Origin: Pseudomonadota bacterium
GTDB lineage: Bacteria > Desulfobacterota > Desulfobacteria > Desulfobacterales > RPRI01
Direction: 5' to 3'
DNA length: 64,000 nt
Assembly: GCA_043825875.1 (NCBI GenBank)
Contig: JBDRRF010000116.1
Span: 32,552-96,551, forward strand
Part shown: piece by piece, positions 9,136-19,350 of the stretch
Layout of the letters: each line of letters opens with the position of its first letter
Position numbering within the stretch: the first letter of the stretch is position 1
Position numbers and translations under genes: made by a program
Notes under the pieces: generated by a model
Told to the model about the DNA's origin: nothing
The model's input: only the letters and a program-made list of their open reading frames with translations
Databases searched by the model: none

Positions 9136-11631
9136 CTAACTTATATTAAGGGCTTTTTCGATTTGCACTACAATAGCGGCCAGATTGGCTATAAGGCGAC
9201 CAAGCAGTATAAAAGGCGCACTCATACCATTTTCCAGGGCGTTAATCAATTCGCCCAAATTATCTTCTCGCGGAATGTTGCCCACAAGAAAATGGCCCAG
9301 TAAAATATTTTTTTCCGCATGATCAAAAGGATAATCGCTATCGGCAAAACGCACTTTAACATCTTGTAACAGGTGATGTCCGGTATGCATTAATTTGTGA
9401 ATCTTTTTAATGAATAACTCGTTATCCTGATTATCTTCTAACTGATGCGCCAGTACTATCAACTGTTGGTATGATGATTCTATAGCCATAAAATCATCAT
9501 GGCTATCAGCAAGTATGTTCCAGGTTTCCATATAATTCTGTGCTCTGGTTTTTAATTCTTTGCTGTCCGGAATACGCTTAATTATGGGGTCATAAGCGAG
9601 CATAGATAAACTTTGTTCTATGCGCTCGAAAGATGTGGCTTCAAACTGTTTCATCTGATTAAAAAGCCCTTGCCCTTCTGCGGAGGCTCTCGATCGGGCC
9701 TGTTCGACAGTCTCACGGTTGGCATGGGTCAGGTTGAAGTCTTTCGGGTTAAAGGTAAATCCTGCTTCAAGCAGTACTATTGCCCGATCAAGTTGAAGCA
9801 TCCGTTTATGAATTTTTTTATAAATGCTGACGGTAGTGCTATATTCTTTTTTTTGTTGATTTAATTTGGCTTTCAGTGTCTTGATGCGTTCGATACAAAT
9901 TTTCGCGTCTTTTGGCTGTTTAATCGGAAGAGAGAATTCTTCCGGTTTAATGAACATATTAAACTGACCACCGAAGACTTGTTCTAAGGCATCGAATGCC
10001 TCAGCTTCCTTGTCCTGATTTTTAATTAACTGCTCGAACGGTATCAGGCGATCTTCCGGAATGGATTGCTCAAGAACCATGGTGTAGTAGTCATTGGTGT
10101 CTTCCTTACAAGTGGTGGGAAAATTGGAAAAAAGAATTGTCGATGGTGGTGAACAACGATAGATACCATCAGGATCATCCGGTTGTATTTCAGCAAGATA
10201 GCGCTGTATTTCAGAATCGTTTGTATCCAAATAGAATTTTGGAGGTTTATCGTATTTGCGGGCATGGGCAATGCGTTCAGCCGTGCTGGGGTGAGTGTCA
10301 AAAAGCCCCCTGCGGTTGCTGTTTTTTAATGATTGGATAATTTTTTTCTTATCCGATTGAGGAATCCGATTGGCGCGAGATTGGATAAGTGCAGGCAGAT
10401 TATCCACAAGCCGGCCTTCCCGCCAGGCACTGCCTAGATCATTGTAAGCCCATTGATGTGCTCCCGAGAGAATCTCCAAGCGTTCCGAGCCTGATTGAAA
10501 GACATCTGCGCCAATAAGTGCCAATCCATGGCGGTCAGCATTATATTCCATTTGGCGCATCATGAAACAACTCACCACCTCACCGATCCACATAAGCATC
10601 CACAATACTTTTCGGGTCAACCAGATGAAAAACATTGCGAAATAGAGTATTATAGAAATTCGAAAATCCCATTTCTTACTCCATTGTTTTATCCTTACAT
10701 CCCACTCATCTTTTTCATAAACGACTCTGGCGAACCAATGATTTATAAGCCGTATGATATAGCTAAAACGCATGGCGACAGTCTGGGAAAAATGACCAAA
10801 CTCATGGCCAATGACTTCTGTTAATTGGTACAAGTTCATGCCGGCAACAAGAGGAAGGCCGATAGTCAGCTCAAGTTCATTTGAAAAAAAACCTTTTATG
10901 CCCCGTTTTAATCCTGCTGAAGCATTTACCTGCATAATTGTGTAAATTTCCGCCGGCAAGGGTGCGCCAAGCATATCTGCAATTTTTTCTACATAGGCAT
11001 ATAGAAAGGGTTCTTTTTTCGGATCGATCGGGCAACGGTTGTCATTAACCCAGCGACGCGCAAAAATTGGTTTCACCATAAAAAGCATCAGCAGGAAGCC
11101 GATGATGATAGGGGCTACATAAGCAATGATAGCACCACGGGCACTACGCAATTCATGAAACAGGGTGATGTTTTCCCGGATGTGGAAAAGCAGCAGATAA
11201 CCTATCCCAGTGATGAAGGCAAGATAAATCAGCGGCAATAGTAACATAATAAAAGCTGTAACCCCCAAGCCTATCCGATATAAAAAAGGAATCGGAATTT
11301 TCTCAATTTTTCCCTGAAATCCACGTATGATCATGCTTTTAATTTTATTTATATCGACAGGTGTTTTTAGCGTCTGTGCCGTTGGCTGGGTATCTACAGG
11401 GGCAAAACTTGCCTTTGCACCTAATGCATTTAACTTCAATACCATTTTTTCCGCCTGATTTTCTTTCAGTGTAAGTACCAGGGAAGCCTTTGGATTTTTT
11501 AGCAGTACAGCCAACGTTTCGGGCGGTGCTTTTGGAAATGTTTTTATTAAGAATCCGTACACTTTTTTTTTGCCGATATTATCATCGATTGCACCTATGG
11601 TCAGCTTACCTTTAACTTTCTCTTCGCTCAT
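9136..11631 (-). CDS. M48 family (HtpX/Ste24-like) membrane zinc metalloprotease with long C-terminal helical extension
   Basis: VNASA, HEFGH, EYNADR and THPSTAERI motifs; TM helices. Confidence 0.85.
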   Translation of the reverse strand: MSEEKVKGKLTIGAIDDNIGKKKVYGFLIKTFPKAPPETLAVLLKNPKASLVLTLKENQAEKMVLKLNALGAKASFAPVDTQPTAQTLKTPVDINKIKSMIIRGFQGKIEKIPIPFLYRIGLGVTAFIMLLLPLIYLAFITGIGYLLLFHIRENITLFHELRSARGAIIAYVAPIIIGFLLMLFMVKPIFARRWVNDNRCPIDPKKEPFLYAYVEKIADMLGAPLPAEIYTIMQVNASAGLKRGIKGFFSNELELTIGLPLVAGMNLYQLTEVIGHEFGHFSQTVAMRFSYIIRLINHWFARVVYEKDEWDVRIKQWSKKWDFRISIILYFAMFFIWLTRKVLWMLMWIGEVVSCFMMRQMEYNADRHGLALIGADVFQSGSERLEILSGAHQWAYNDLGSAWREGRLVDNLPALIQSRANRIPQSDKKKIIQSLKNSNRRGLFDTHPSTAERIAHARKYDKPPKFYLDTNDSEIQRYLAEIQPDDPDGIYRCSPPSTILFSNFPTTCKEDTNDYYTMVLEQSIPEDRLIPFEQLIKNQDKEAEAFDALEQVFGGQFNMFIKPEEFSLPIKQPKDAKICIERIKTLKAKLNQQKKEYSTTVSIYKKIHKRMLQLDRAIVLLEAGFTFNPKDFNLTHANRETVEQARSRASAEGQGLFNQMKQFEATSFERIEQSLSMLAYDPIIKRIPDSKELKTRAQNYMETWNILADSHDDFMAIESSYQQLIVLAHQLEDNQDNELFIKKIHKLMHTGHHLLQDVKVRFADSDYPFDHAEKNILLGHFLVGNIPREDNLGELINALENGMSAPFILLGRLIANLAAIVVQIEKALNIS

Positions 11632-11733
11632 TCGTGCTTAATCCTCCATTACCGGTTCATAAGATAAACAATAGCTGCTTCCATTCTCTTGGAATAATTA
11701 CCCTGAGCTCTAATCATGCTGTAATATAGTTGC

Positions 11734-12228
11734 TCATAAGTTCTTCTTTATAGATTTTATTAATTCAGGATGACGCTTTATTACACCGCTAATATTTTCA
11801 ACTTTGCCACCACATTTATAGCAAGATAATTCTTTTGCATCTTGTGATTTTTGGATAGCTCCACAGGAGATGCATATTTTATTATAAGTGTTTTTAGCTT
11901 TATCAATCCCTGTGCCAGAACTTTTAAGGAAAGCTGTAATAATAGATAAAACTCCAAAGATAAAGATAACTGCAAACAAAAGGCGATTATGGACAGGAAA
12001 ACCCCACCGTTCTGAAGATTGTGCTCCAGGAGAAAAATTATGGAATCCGGGTTCTTGACTAAGTGAAAGGAGGCTAACGAAAAGAAAAAACAATCCTGCC
12101 GATAGATACCAAAGGTTTAATTTTTTTCTTTTAATAAGCGTTAAGGCTACAGGGATTATTGAATCATATGCTATCCCAACCACAACGAGGCCTAAGAAAA
12201 GAAATATTATGAATATCCAAACGTACAT
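11734..12228 (-). CDS. Hypothetical membrane protein with C-terminal zinc ribbon
   Basis: Three hydrophobic helices followed by CISCG...CYKCGG. Confidence 0.6.
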   Translation of the reverse strand: MYVWIFIIFLFLGLVVVGIAYDSIIPVALTLIKRKKLNLWYLSAGLFFLFVSLLSLSQEPGFHNFSPGAQSSERWGFPVHNRLLFAVIFIFGVLSIITAFLKSSGTGIDKAKNTYNKICISCGAIQKSQDAKELSCYKCGGKVENISGVIKRHPELIKSIKKNL

Positions 12229-12488
12229 ATTTTAAATAATAAATTTATAGCAATTAATATACATAGTATTTAAAATTTGGTTTTGAAAAGATCTATATTT
12301 GGAATCCTCTTTCCTTTACAGTAACATTTATCTAAAATCAAATAATTTATGTTATAGCTATGCGGCATCATATTTTGATCATTAGAAAATCGCGATACAC
12401 ATAATGATTTCTTTCCGGAAAAGGGGGTGGTGGGTTGATGGTTTTAAAGTAAGGAGATTGTGATTAGCACTCTTATTTGCCGTATCTG

Positions 12489-13319
12489 TCAAATCGCTCT
12501 TGCAAGAGTAAGAACATCAACGCTTTTTGCACCGCCTTTAATAAGAACTTTTGCGCATTCGTCAACTGTGGCTCCGGTAGTATATACATCATCTACTAAA
12601 AGAATTCTCTTTGACTTTACTTTAGAAAATTCCTTAACTGTAAAAGCTCCTTTGATATTTTTTATTCTTTCTTCGCGCCCCAGACCCGTTTGCGGCTGAG
12701 TCCATACGGTTCTTTCAATGACATCTTTGCCTATTTCAATCCGGCCTGATTCAACCATGAACCTTTCAGCTAATTCTTTTAAATTTCTTATAAGAAAATA
12801 GGCCTGATTAAATCCCCTTGCCCTGAAACGTTTTATATGCAGGGGAACAGGAATAACAATATCAAAATCACTTAGTTTCCAGTGCCGCATAAGCACGGAA
12901 AAAAGAAGTAATTCAAGAGAAGCTGCAACCTGAAGCTTTCCTTTGTATTTGAAAGAATGAATCACTTCCATCACTGCCAGGCTGTAGAGAAATATAGCAC
13001 GAGCTTTTCCAAAACGTTTCGGTTGTTCAATGCATTTCTGGCAAAGATGGTCTTCGCCCTCACGGCTTTTAAAAACAGCCCCGCATGAGGAACATATTGG
13101 AGATTCTACAGGCAAATAATCGTCACAGCAGGCGGCGCACAGGAATGGATACATTACTCTTTCAAACGTGATATTTTCCATTTCGGATAGCTTGTCAGCT
13201 AAATTAACAATATCTACAGAATTATTTTTAGAAAAACCGTGGAAAAAAGAACCGCACACAATACATCTGGAAGGAAAAACAGCTTCTTTTAGTATTTCCG
13301 CCATTCGGAACATAAGCAT
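12489..13319 (-). CDS. comF: ComF family protein (double zinc ribbon plus phosphoribosyltransferase domain)
   Basis: FPSRCIVCG, PVPLH...RGFNQA, ILLVDDVYTTGATV. Confidence 0.9.
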   Translation of the reverse strand: MLMFRMAEILKEAVFPSRCIVCGSFFHGFSKNNSVDIVNLADKLSEMENITFERVMYPFLCAACCDDYLPVESPICSSCGAVFKSREGEDHLCQKCIEQPKRFGKARAIFLYSLAVMEVIHSFKYKGKLQVAASLELLLFSVLMRHWKLSDFDIVIPVPLHIKRFRARGFNQAYFLIRNLKELAERFMVESGRIEIGKDVIERTVWTQPQTGLGREERIKNIKGAFTVKEFSKVKSKRILLVDDVYTTGATVDECAKVLIKGGAKSVDVLTLARAI

Positions 13320-14546
13320 TTAAAGTGTGTCCATCTTTTCGATGATTGCAGTGGCAAACTGTGAACATTTCACCTTTGTAGCACCTTGCATCTGACGCGC
13401 AAGATCATATGTGACAATTTTATTATTAATGGTTGCCTGCAGGCTGGATCTTATCAATTCGGAGACTTCGTCCCATTGCATATAATCAAACATCATGGCA
13501 CCGGAAAGAATGAGAGAACTAGGATTTACCATATCTTTATCGGCATACTTCGGCGCTGTGCCGTGAGTCGCCTCAAAAACAGCGCAAAAATCCCCGATAT
13601 TTGCACCAGGAGCCATGCCGAGGCCACCAACCTGGGCGGCAAGAGCATCTGAAATATAATCACCGTTTAGGTTCGGAGTAGCAATAACATCATATTCTTC
13701 AGGCCTTAACAGAACCTGCTGAAAAAGCATATCTGCAATACGGTCTTTTATTATTACTTTTCCTTCGGGTCTTTTTTCGTTATATTTATCAAAAAGCTCC
13801 TGTTCGGTTATTGTTTGTTCCCCGAATTTTTCCTTTGCAACCTCATAACCCCATTTTACAAAAGCGCCTTCCGTAAATTTCATGATATTGCCCTTGTGCA
13901 TCAGGGTTACACTGGAAAGTCCTTCAGAAACCGCATAGGATATAGCTTTTGCAACAAGACGCTTGCTGTTTTTTTTGCTGATCGGCTTAATTCCGATACC
14001 TGCATCTTCGGGAAGAAAAACTCCCATATTCTTTGCCAGAAAGTTTCTGATCTCAGCAGCACCTTCACTTCCTTCTTCCCATTCTATTCCTGCATATAAA
14101 TCCTCGGTATTTTCTCTGAAAATAACCATATCGACTTTTTCAGGATTTTTCATAGGACTCGGAACGGAATCGATATATTTCACCGGCCGTATGCATGAAT
14201 AAAGATCAAGTTTTTGTCTTAAAGAAACATTAACGCTTCTTATGCCTTTTCCTACAGGCGTAGTCATGGGGCCTTTTATGGCAACAACATGGTTTCTGAT
14301 AGCATTAATGGTTTCTTCCGGAAGCCATTTCCCTGTATTTTTAAACGCCTTCTCGCCGGCTAGTATTTCAAGCCACTTTATTTCTCTTTTGCCTTTGTAT
14401 GCCCTGGCCACAGCTTTATCAAACACCAGGCTCGCCGCCTTCCAGATATCAGGCCCTGTACCATCTCCTTTAATAAATGGGATAATCGGGAAATCGGGAA
14501 CATTTAACGTGCCGTCAGTATTTATGGTAATCTTAGCTTCAGTCAT
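13320..14546 (-). CDS. icd: NADP-dependent isocitrate dehydrogenase
   Basis: [62 protein letters not shown]. Confidence 0.97.
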   Translation of the reverse strand: MTEAKITINTDGTLNVPDFPIIPFIKGDGTGPDIWKAASLVFDKAVARAYKGKREIKWLEILAGEKAFKNTGKWLPEETINAIRNHVVAIKGPMTTPVGKGIRSVNVSLRQKLDLYSCIRPVKYIDSVPSPMKNPEKVDMVIFRENTEDLYAGIEWEEGSEGAAEIRNFLAKNMGVFLPEDAGIGIKPISKKNSKRLVAKAISYAVSEGLSSVTLMHKGNIMKFTEGAFVKWGYEVAKEKFGEQTITEQELFDKYNEKRPEGKVIIKDRIADMLFQQVLLRPEEYDVIATPNLNGDYISDALAAQVGGLGMAPGANIGDFCAVFEATHGTAPKYADKDMVNPSSLILSGAMMFDYMQWDEVSELIRSSLQATINNKIVTYDLARQMQGATKVKCSQFATAIIEKMDTL

Positions 14547-14587
14547 TTATATAAGCTTTCTTTTATAAAAATATTGTATCTGATATT

Positions 14588-14875
14588 TTAATCTTGGGCA
14601 TCGTATTTATTTTCAAGCTTAATTTTTTCTCTTTCAGAGATTTTCCCAAGTTCTACCAGAAGATCTCCGATACCGTCATATCTGAGATCATCAATTTTCA
14701 TGATTGTATCTGGCCTCTTATCTTCGAGCTCATAAAATGTGTAAACAAAGGTCAACTCACTTTTCTTAAGAAGATGAATATTCTTTCCATCAAGGATTAT
14801 ATGATTATCCAGAAAGAAATAAACGGCACAAATCGCAATACCAATTAAGATATACTTTCTAATTGTTCTAAGCAT
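14588..14875 (-). CDS. Small hypothetical membrane-anchored protein
   Basis: N-terminal hydrophobic helix; co-oriented between dnaB and icd with a GGGG RBS. Confidence 0.6.
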   Translation of the reverse strand: MLRTIRKYILIGIAICAVYFFLDNHIILDGKNIHLLKKSELTFVYTFYELEDKRPDTIMKIDDLRYDGIGDLLVELGKISEREKIKLENKYDAQD

Positions 14876-14890
14876 TCAGACCCCCTTATA

Positions 14891-16273
14891 TCATGGTTGG
14901 TCTCCTGTGTTGTATCTGTCTATTGCCATATCCTTAAATAATGTAAATGCGCTTATAAAAGTCAAAGAAATTTTGCCTGTCGGCCCGTTTCTTTGTTTCT
15001 CAAGCAAAATTTCTGCGGTGTTTCTATGGGGATTATCTTCACTCTTATTATATACTTCATCCCTGTAAATAAAGGCTACCACATCTGCATCCTGCTCAAG
15101 GGCTCCCGACTCTCTTAAATCGGCAAGCTGCGGTCTTTTATCCGCCCGGTCTTCAAGTTTCCTGTTTAGCTGGGACAGCGCAATAACAGGAACACTTAAC
15201 TCTTTTGCAAGAGCTTTTAAAGACCTTGATATATCGGCAATTTCAAGATCCCTGCGTTCAGTAGGAAGTGAACTGCGCATGAGTTGAAGATAATCTACAA
15301 TAACAAGCCCAAGGCCTTTATTCATTGTAAGCCTGCGGGCTTTAGCCCGAATTTCCATAACGGATATAGCCGGAGAATCATCTATAAATATTGGTAGTTC
15401 GGATAACATTCCTGCTGCATCCGTAAGGCTTTTCCAGTCTTCATTACTAAGAAAACCGCTTCTTACACGCGAAGAATCCACTTTTGCTTCTGAACATAGC
15501 ATTCTTAGTGATAACTGCTCCTTGGACATTTCAAGCGAAAAAACGGCAACTGGGGTATTTGATTTAACGGCTGCATTTCTGGCAATATTTAAGGCAAACG
15601 CGGTCTTGCCCATACCGGGACGCGCAGCAATAATTATAAGATCTGATTTCTGAAAACCCGATGTCATTTTATCAAGATCGGTAAAGCCTGTCTCTACACC
15701 GGTAACAAGGGCTCTTTTCCCCTGTCTTTCCTCAAGGGCATCAATATTAACGTTTATTATGTCCTTTAAAGGATAAAAAGCCTGCTTTATTTTCTTTTCA
15801 GATATTTCAAAGATTGAGCTTTGGGAATAATCGAGTATCTCATCAAGATTCCCGCCATCTTCAAAACATTTTCTTACAATGTTATTCGCCTGTTCGATAA
15901 GTCTTCTTAAACACGCTTTTTCATATACTATTCTGGCGTAATGAGATGCATTTGTTGCAAGAGGGATATCTAAAAGCCTGGCTAAATATGTTGCTCCGCC
16001 AATTTGTTCAATCTTGCCCTGTTCTTTTAGGGCATTGGATAATGTAACAAGATCAACCGGTTCACTTTTGTTAAAAAGGTCCAACACAGCCGAATAAATT
16101 ATCTGATGAACAGACTTATAAAAATCATCAGGAGAGAGAATCTCTACAATGTCAAGTAATGTGTTATTATCGATCAAAATAGCGCTTAGCAAAGATTCCT
16201 CGGCCTCGATACTCTGGGGAGGAACCCTTAGCAAAGATGTATCTTTTGCGCCTTGTTGTTTAGTCCTTGTCAT
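14891..16273 (-). CDS. dnaB: Replicative DNA helicase
   Basis: PPQSIEAEESLL, Walker A AARPGMGKT, VDYLQLM, LSQLNR, DLRESGALEQDAD, KQRNGPTG. Confidence 0.98.
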   Translation of the reverse strand: MTRTKQQGAKDTSLLRVPPQSIEAEESLLSAILIDNNTLLDIVEILSPDDFYKSVHQIIYSAVLDLFNKSEPVDLVTLSNALKEQGKIEQIGGATYLARLLDIPLATNASHYARIVYEKACLRRLIEQANNIVRKCFEDGGNLDEILDYSQSSIFEISEKKIKQAFYPLKDIINVNIDALEERQGKRALVTGVETGFTDLDKMTSGFQKSDLIIIAARPGMGKTAFALNIARNAAVKSNTPVAVFSLEMSKEQLSLRMLCSEAKVDSSRVRSGFLSNEDWKSLTDAAGMLSELPIFIDDSPAISVMEIRAKARRLTMNKGLGLVIVDYLQLMRSSLPTERRDLEIADISRSLKALAKELSVPVIALSQLNRKLEDRADKRPQLADLRESGALEQDADVVAFIYRDEVYNKSEDNPHRNTAEILLEKQRNGPTGKISLTFISAFTLFKDMAIDRYNTGDQP

Positions 16274-16294
16274 TGAATTTGATGAAATAATAAT

Positions 16295-16744
16295 TTACAT
16301 AGCTTCAGGCACAACTTCGACAGTTATTGTCGGTTTAATTCCCTTATATACGCGAACAGGTACGGAAAAAGTGCCTAATGTTTTTATGGGTTCAGCAAGC
16401 AGCACCATATTTTTCTCAACAACAATGCCCTGCGCTTCCAGTGACTCAACTATCTCTCTTGCAGAAACCGATCCATAAAGGCGGTCTTCCTCGCTGACCT
16501 TTGCTGTTACCTTACAGACTACTCCATCGATTTTTTTAGCCATTTCTTCTGCAAGACCTTTTTCTTTTGCTAAAATAACTTCTACTTTGACTTTTTCACG
16601 CTCAAGCAGCTTAAGATTATGCAAGGTGTTTGGCACAGCCTTTTTCTGGGGTAAAAGATAGTTTCTTGCATACCCATCCTTAACATTTACGATAGAGCCG
16701 ATAATGCCAAGTGATTCAATAGTTTCTTTCAATATTACTTCCAT
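16295..16744 (-). CDS. rplI: 50S ribosomal protein L9
   Basis: MEVIL...VNVKDGYARNYLLP...LYGSVS. Start ATG 16744 after GGAGG; the ORF-track start at 16816 is too far upstream. Confidence 0.97.
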   Translation of the reverse strand: MEVILKETIESLGIIGSIVNVKDGYARNYLLPQKKAVPNTLHNLKLLEREKVKVEVILAKEKGLAEEMAKKIDGVVCKVTAKVSEEDRLYGSVSAREIVESLEAQGIVVEKNMVLLAEPIKTLGTFSVPVRVYKGIKPTITVEVVPEAM

Positions 16745-16862
16745 TGTTAACCTCCAAATAAACGCTGGCTTTTTATGCTGACATTGAAACAGCTTGATTA
16801 AGCCGGCAAATTTCAAAATTATATATATTCAAAATTAATCGTCTTGTTCTATAGCAAGTACA

Positions 16863-17813
16863 TCAACTTTTTTGAGGGTCTTCTATTTTTCTGACATTAA
16901 GCCAGATATCAAAAAAACCAAGACCTGTTATAAACACAGCCGCAATATATTGGAATGCAATTACGCTGTATAATAAAACTCTAAGCCCCTTGGGCAGCTG
17001 CTTTTTTACAAAATAATAAGATACAATGGCTATACCCTGGAAAAAGTATATCGGCATCATAACAAGCAAAATATTTGCCCCGAACATCATAATGGCTTTG
17101 TCAGGGACCAAAAGCATCAGAAAAGAGCCTATCACAACCCATACAAGCTGCTCAGGCGCTTTCCACAAATTCAGTGTACCAAAATCCGGATAATAAAGTT
17201 TCTTTTTGGCAAACAAAGGTTTTGCTATCAACAAAGTTACCCAGCTTAAAAACAGAGTTGCAGCAATTACCAACGAAGGAATTATCCTTATAAAAATATA
17301 CTGAACAAGCTCTATATTGTCTGAAAGCATTCGTATATTTTCTTCAGGTATGCCCATTTGTTTATATAACTCAATGGATTGCTTCAAATTTATTGCAACA
17401 TACTCTGAAATTATATCATAAATTCCCGAACCGTGAATATTGCCAAATATGACCAGAGCAATTGTTCCTGTCACCAGAATACTAAAACATGCATATCCAA
17501 TAGTTTTTTCTATAGATAGGTCAACCCGAAAAAATTCGCTGAATATAAATCCCAAGAATAGAAGTTCGGCAAAAAACACAAGGTCTATTGATACGGAGCG
17601 CAAAACACATATAATTACAAAAATAGTTGCGCCAAATACCTTAAGCCCTGACCTTCTGCCTAATTTGGAACTATAAAACAGTATCGGCAAGGGAACAAGC
17701 AGGGCGCATAAAATACCTATTAGCGGAATAAACAGACATGCCAAACACAAAAGACTCGCTATGGAAATTCCTTTCAACGTGTCTGTAAATATCTCGCCTT
17801 CGGCATATGCCAC
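16863..17813 (-). CDS. YybS/DUF2232 family membrane protein
   Basis: Multi-TM protein with FFQGIAIV and GLGFFDIWLNVR; position between rpsR and rplI. Confidence 0.85.
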   Translation of the reverse strand: MAYAEGEIFTDTLKGISIASLLCLACLFIPLIGILCALLVPLPILFYSSKLGRRSGLKVFGATIFVIICVLRSVSIDLVFFAELLFLGFIFSEFFRVDLSIEKTIGYACFSILVTGTIALVIFGNIHGSGIYDIISEYVAINLKQSIELYKQMGIPEENIRMLSDNIELVQYIFIRIIPSLVIAATLFLSWVTLLIAKPLFAKKKLYYPDFGTLNLWKAPEQLVWVVIGSFLMLLVPDKAIMMFGANILLVMMPIYFFQGIAIVSYYFVKKQLPKGLRVLLYSVIAFQYIAAVFITGLGFFDIWLNVRKIEDPQKS

Positions 17814-17859
17814 TATCCCAGCCTCCGCTTAAAAAGCCATATCTTCTATAGATATATAG

Positions 17860-18141
17860 CTAAAAATCCAAAGTCCCCACGTAAGGCAAAAGAGCTATTG
17901 TCCTTGCACGTTTTATAGCATGCGTTAAGACTCTCTGGTGTTTTGCGCATGTACCTGAAATGCGCCTTGGGATAATCTTTCCTCTTTCAGTGGTAAAATA
18001 TCTGAGTGATTTAAAATCTTTGTAGTCAATTACAATAGTTGAATCCGCGCAAAAACGACAAACTTTGCGTCTGTGAAATACTCTTTTTTTCTTTTTATCC
18101 CCATCGACCTGTTGTCCTCTGCCCTGATTATCGTAAGCCAT
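17860..18141 (-). CDS. rpsR: 30S ribosomal protein S18 (zinc-binding form)
   Basis: [39 protein letters not shown]. Confidence 0.98.
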   Translation of the reverse strand: MAYDNQGRGQQVDGDKKKKRVFHRRKVCRFCADSTIVIDYKDFKSLRYFTTERGKIIPRRISGTCAKHQRVLTHAIKRARTIALLPYVGTLDF

Positions 18142-18144
18142 CTT

Positions 18145-18618
18145 CTACTCCTTTTCGCTGCTATCGTTTTCTGTTTTTGCCTCTTCCGGTTCCGCTTTGC
18201 TCTCATCAGCCGGTTCCGCTTTGTTCTCATCAGCAGGCGTTTCGGCATTTTCCGACTTGTTCTCTTGGGCGGATAAAGCAGCTTCTGCTTCAATTTCAGC
18301 CATTTTTGCTTTTATCTTTTCGATATCTGCATCTTTTTCAAGCAATATGGTCATGAATTTAAGAACTCGATCGTCTATACGGAAGAAACGTTCCATCTCA
18401 CTAACAAGCAAACCTGTCCCGCAAAAATCAATATGGACATAATAGCCGCGATTTTTCTTCTTTATTTCGTAGGCAAGTTTCTGGGCGCCCCATTCGTTGA
18501 GCTTAACAAGAAATCCGTCCTTTTGAGAGATAGTATCATTAATTTTTTCTAAAAGGGGGGCCCTGTTTTCGGGTGGAATATCAGGATCGATAATAACAGT
18601 TGTCTCGTACCTTCTCAT
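18145..18618 (-). CDS. rpsF: 30S ribosomal protein S6 with acidic tail
   Basis: MRRYETTVIIDP, WGAQKLAYEIKK, GYY, RIDDRVLKF. Confidence 0.97.
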   Translation of the reverse strand: MRRYETTVIIDPDIPPENRAPLLEKINDTISQKDGFLVKLNEWGAQKLAYEIKKKNRGYYVHIDFCGTGLLVSEMERFFRIDDRVLKFMTILLEKDADIEKIKAKMAEIEAEAALSAQENKSENAETPADENKAEPADESKAEPEEAKTENDSSEKE

Positions 18619-18622
18619 AAAA

Positions 18623-18663
18623 CCTCCTTGTGGATGTAAAGCCCCGGTTACCGGAGCAAGGAT
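18623..18663 (-). promoter_or_regulatory. S6:S18-type ribosomal protein leader (autoregulatory RNA)
   Basis: Minus strand TCCTTG CTCCGG TAA CCGGGG CTTTACAT CCA CAAGGAGG directly before the rpsF ATG. The outer stem pairs with the SD, there is an inner hairpin, and a CCR lies in the loop. Confidence 0.7.
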
Positions 18664-18796
18664 TATATTGCATTTTATTATGCAATTAAAGATGTTCTTT
18701 TACCATTTCAAAAATATATGTGTCAAGATTTTTAAAAAATACTAAATTATATCTTGAAACGGATTACATAGTTTGTTAAATAGGTTTAATTGACAT

Positions 18797-18873
18797 GGTG
18801 GGTGTAGCTCAGTTGGCAGAGCACCGGGTTGTGGCCCCGGTTGTCGAGGGTTCAATCCCCTTCACTCACCCCA
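18797..18873 (+). tRNA. tRNA-His (GTG)
   Basis: G-1 plus GTGGGTG/CACTCAC acceptor stem, anticodon loop TTGTGGC, TTCAA T-loop, encoded CCA. Confidence 0.95.
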
Positions 18874-18880
18874 TTTTTTT

Positions 18881-18954
<74 letters not shown>

Positions 18955-19090
18955 CTTGTGATATCAGAATGTTAAAACAATTTTATTTCCATCTGATTTT
19001 TGATGCTACCCTATAGCTACCTTCTTTATACTCCTTGACAAATTTGATTTGCTTCTATTAACTTATATATATAAAATATGAGGTGTTATA

Positions 19091-19294
19091 ATGAAAATTA
19101 AAACAATTATCCATGAAGCGGAAGAGGGCGGCTTTTGGGCCGAAGTTCCTTCTATTCCCGGATGTGCCACCTAGGGAGAAACGTTTGACGAACTCCTGAA
19201 AAATATTTATGAGGCCGTGGAAGCTTGCTTGTCTGTGGATATCGAAGCTATCGAATTAAAGGGAAAAGATAGGGTTATGGAGATAGCAGTTTGA
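19091..19294 (+). pseudogene. hicB: HicB family antitoxin with in-frame TAG at codon 28
   Basis: [58 protein letters not shown]...MEIAV. TAG at 19172-19174 replaces the Q of the usual TQGET motif. Confidence 0.85.
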
Positions 19295-19350
19295 AAGCCA
19301 TTTCAGGGAAGGACTTTGTAAAACTACTTGAGAAATTCACAGCCTTTTGA
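19291..19350 (+). pseudogene. hicA: Truncated HicA family toxin
   Basis: TTG overlapping the hicB stop; MKAISGKDFVKLLEK is HicA-like, then runs into the end of the opposite-strand symporter. No GSH motif. Confidence 0.65.
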
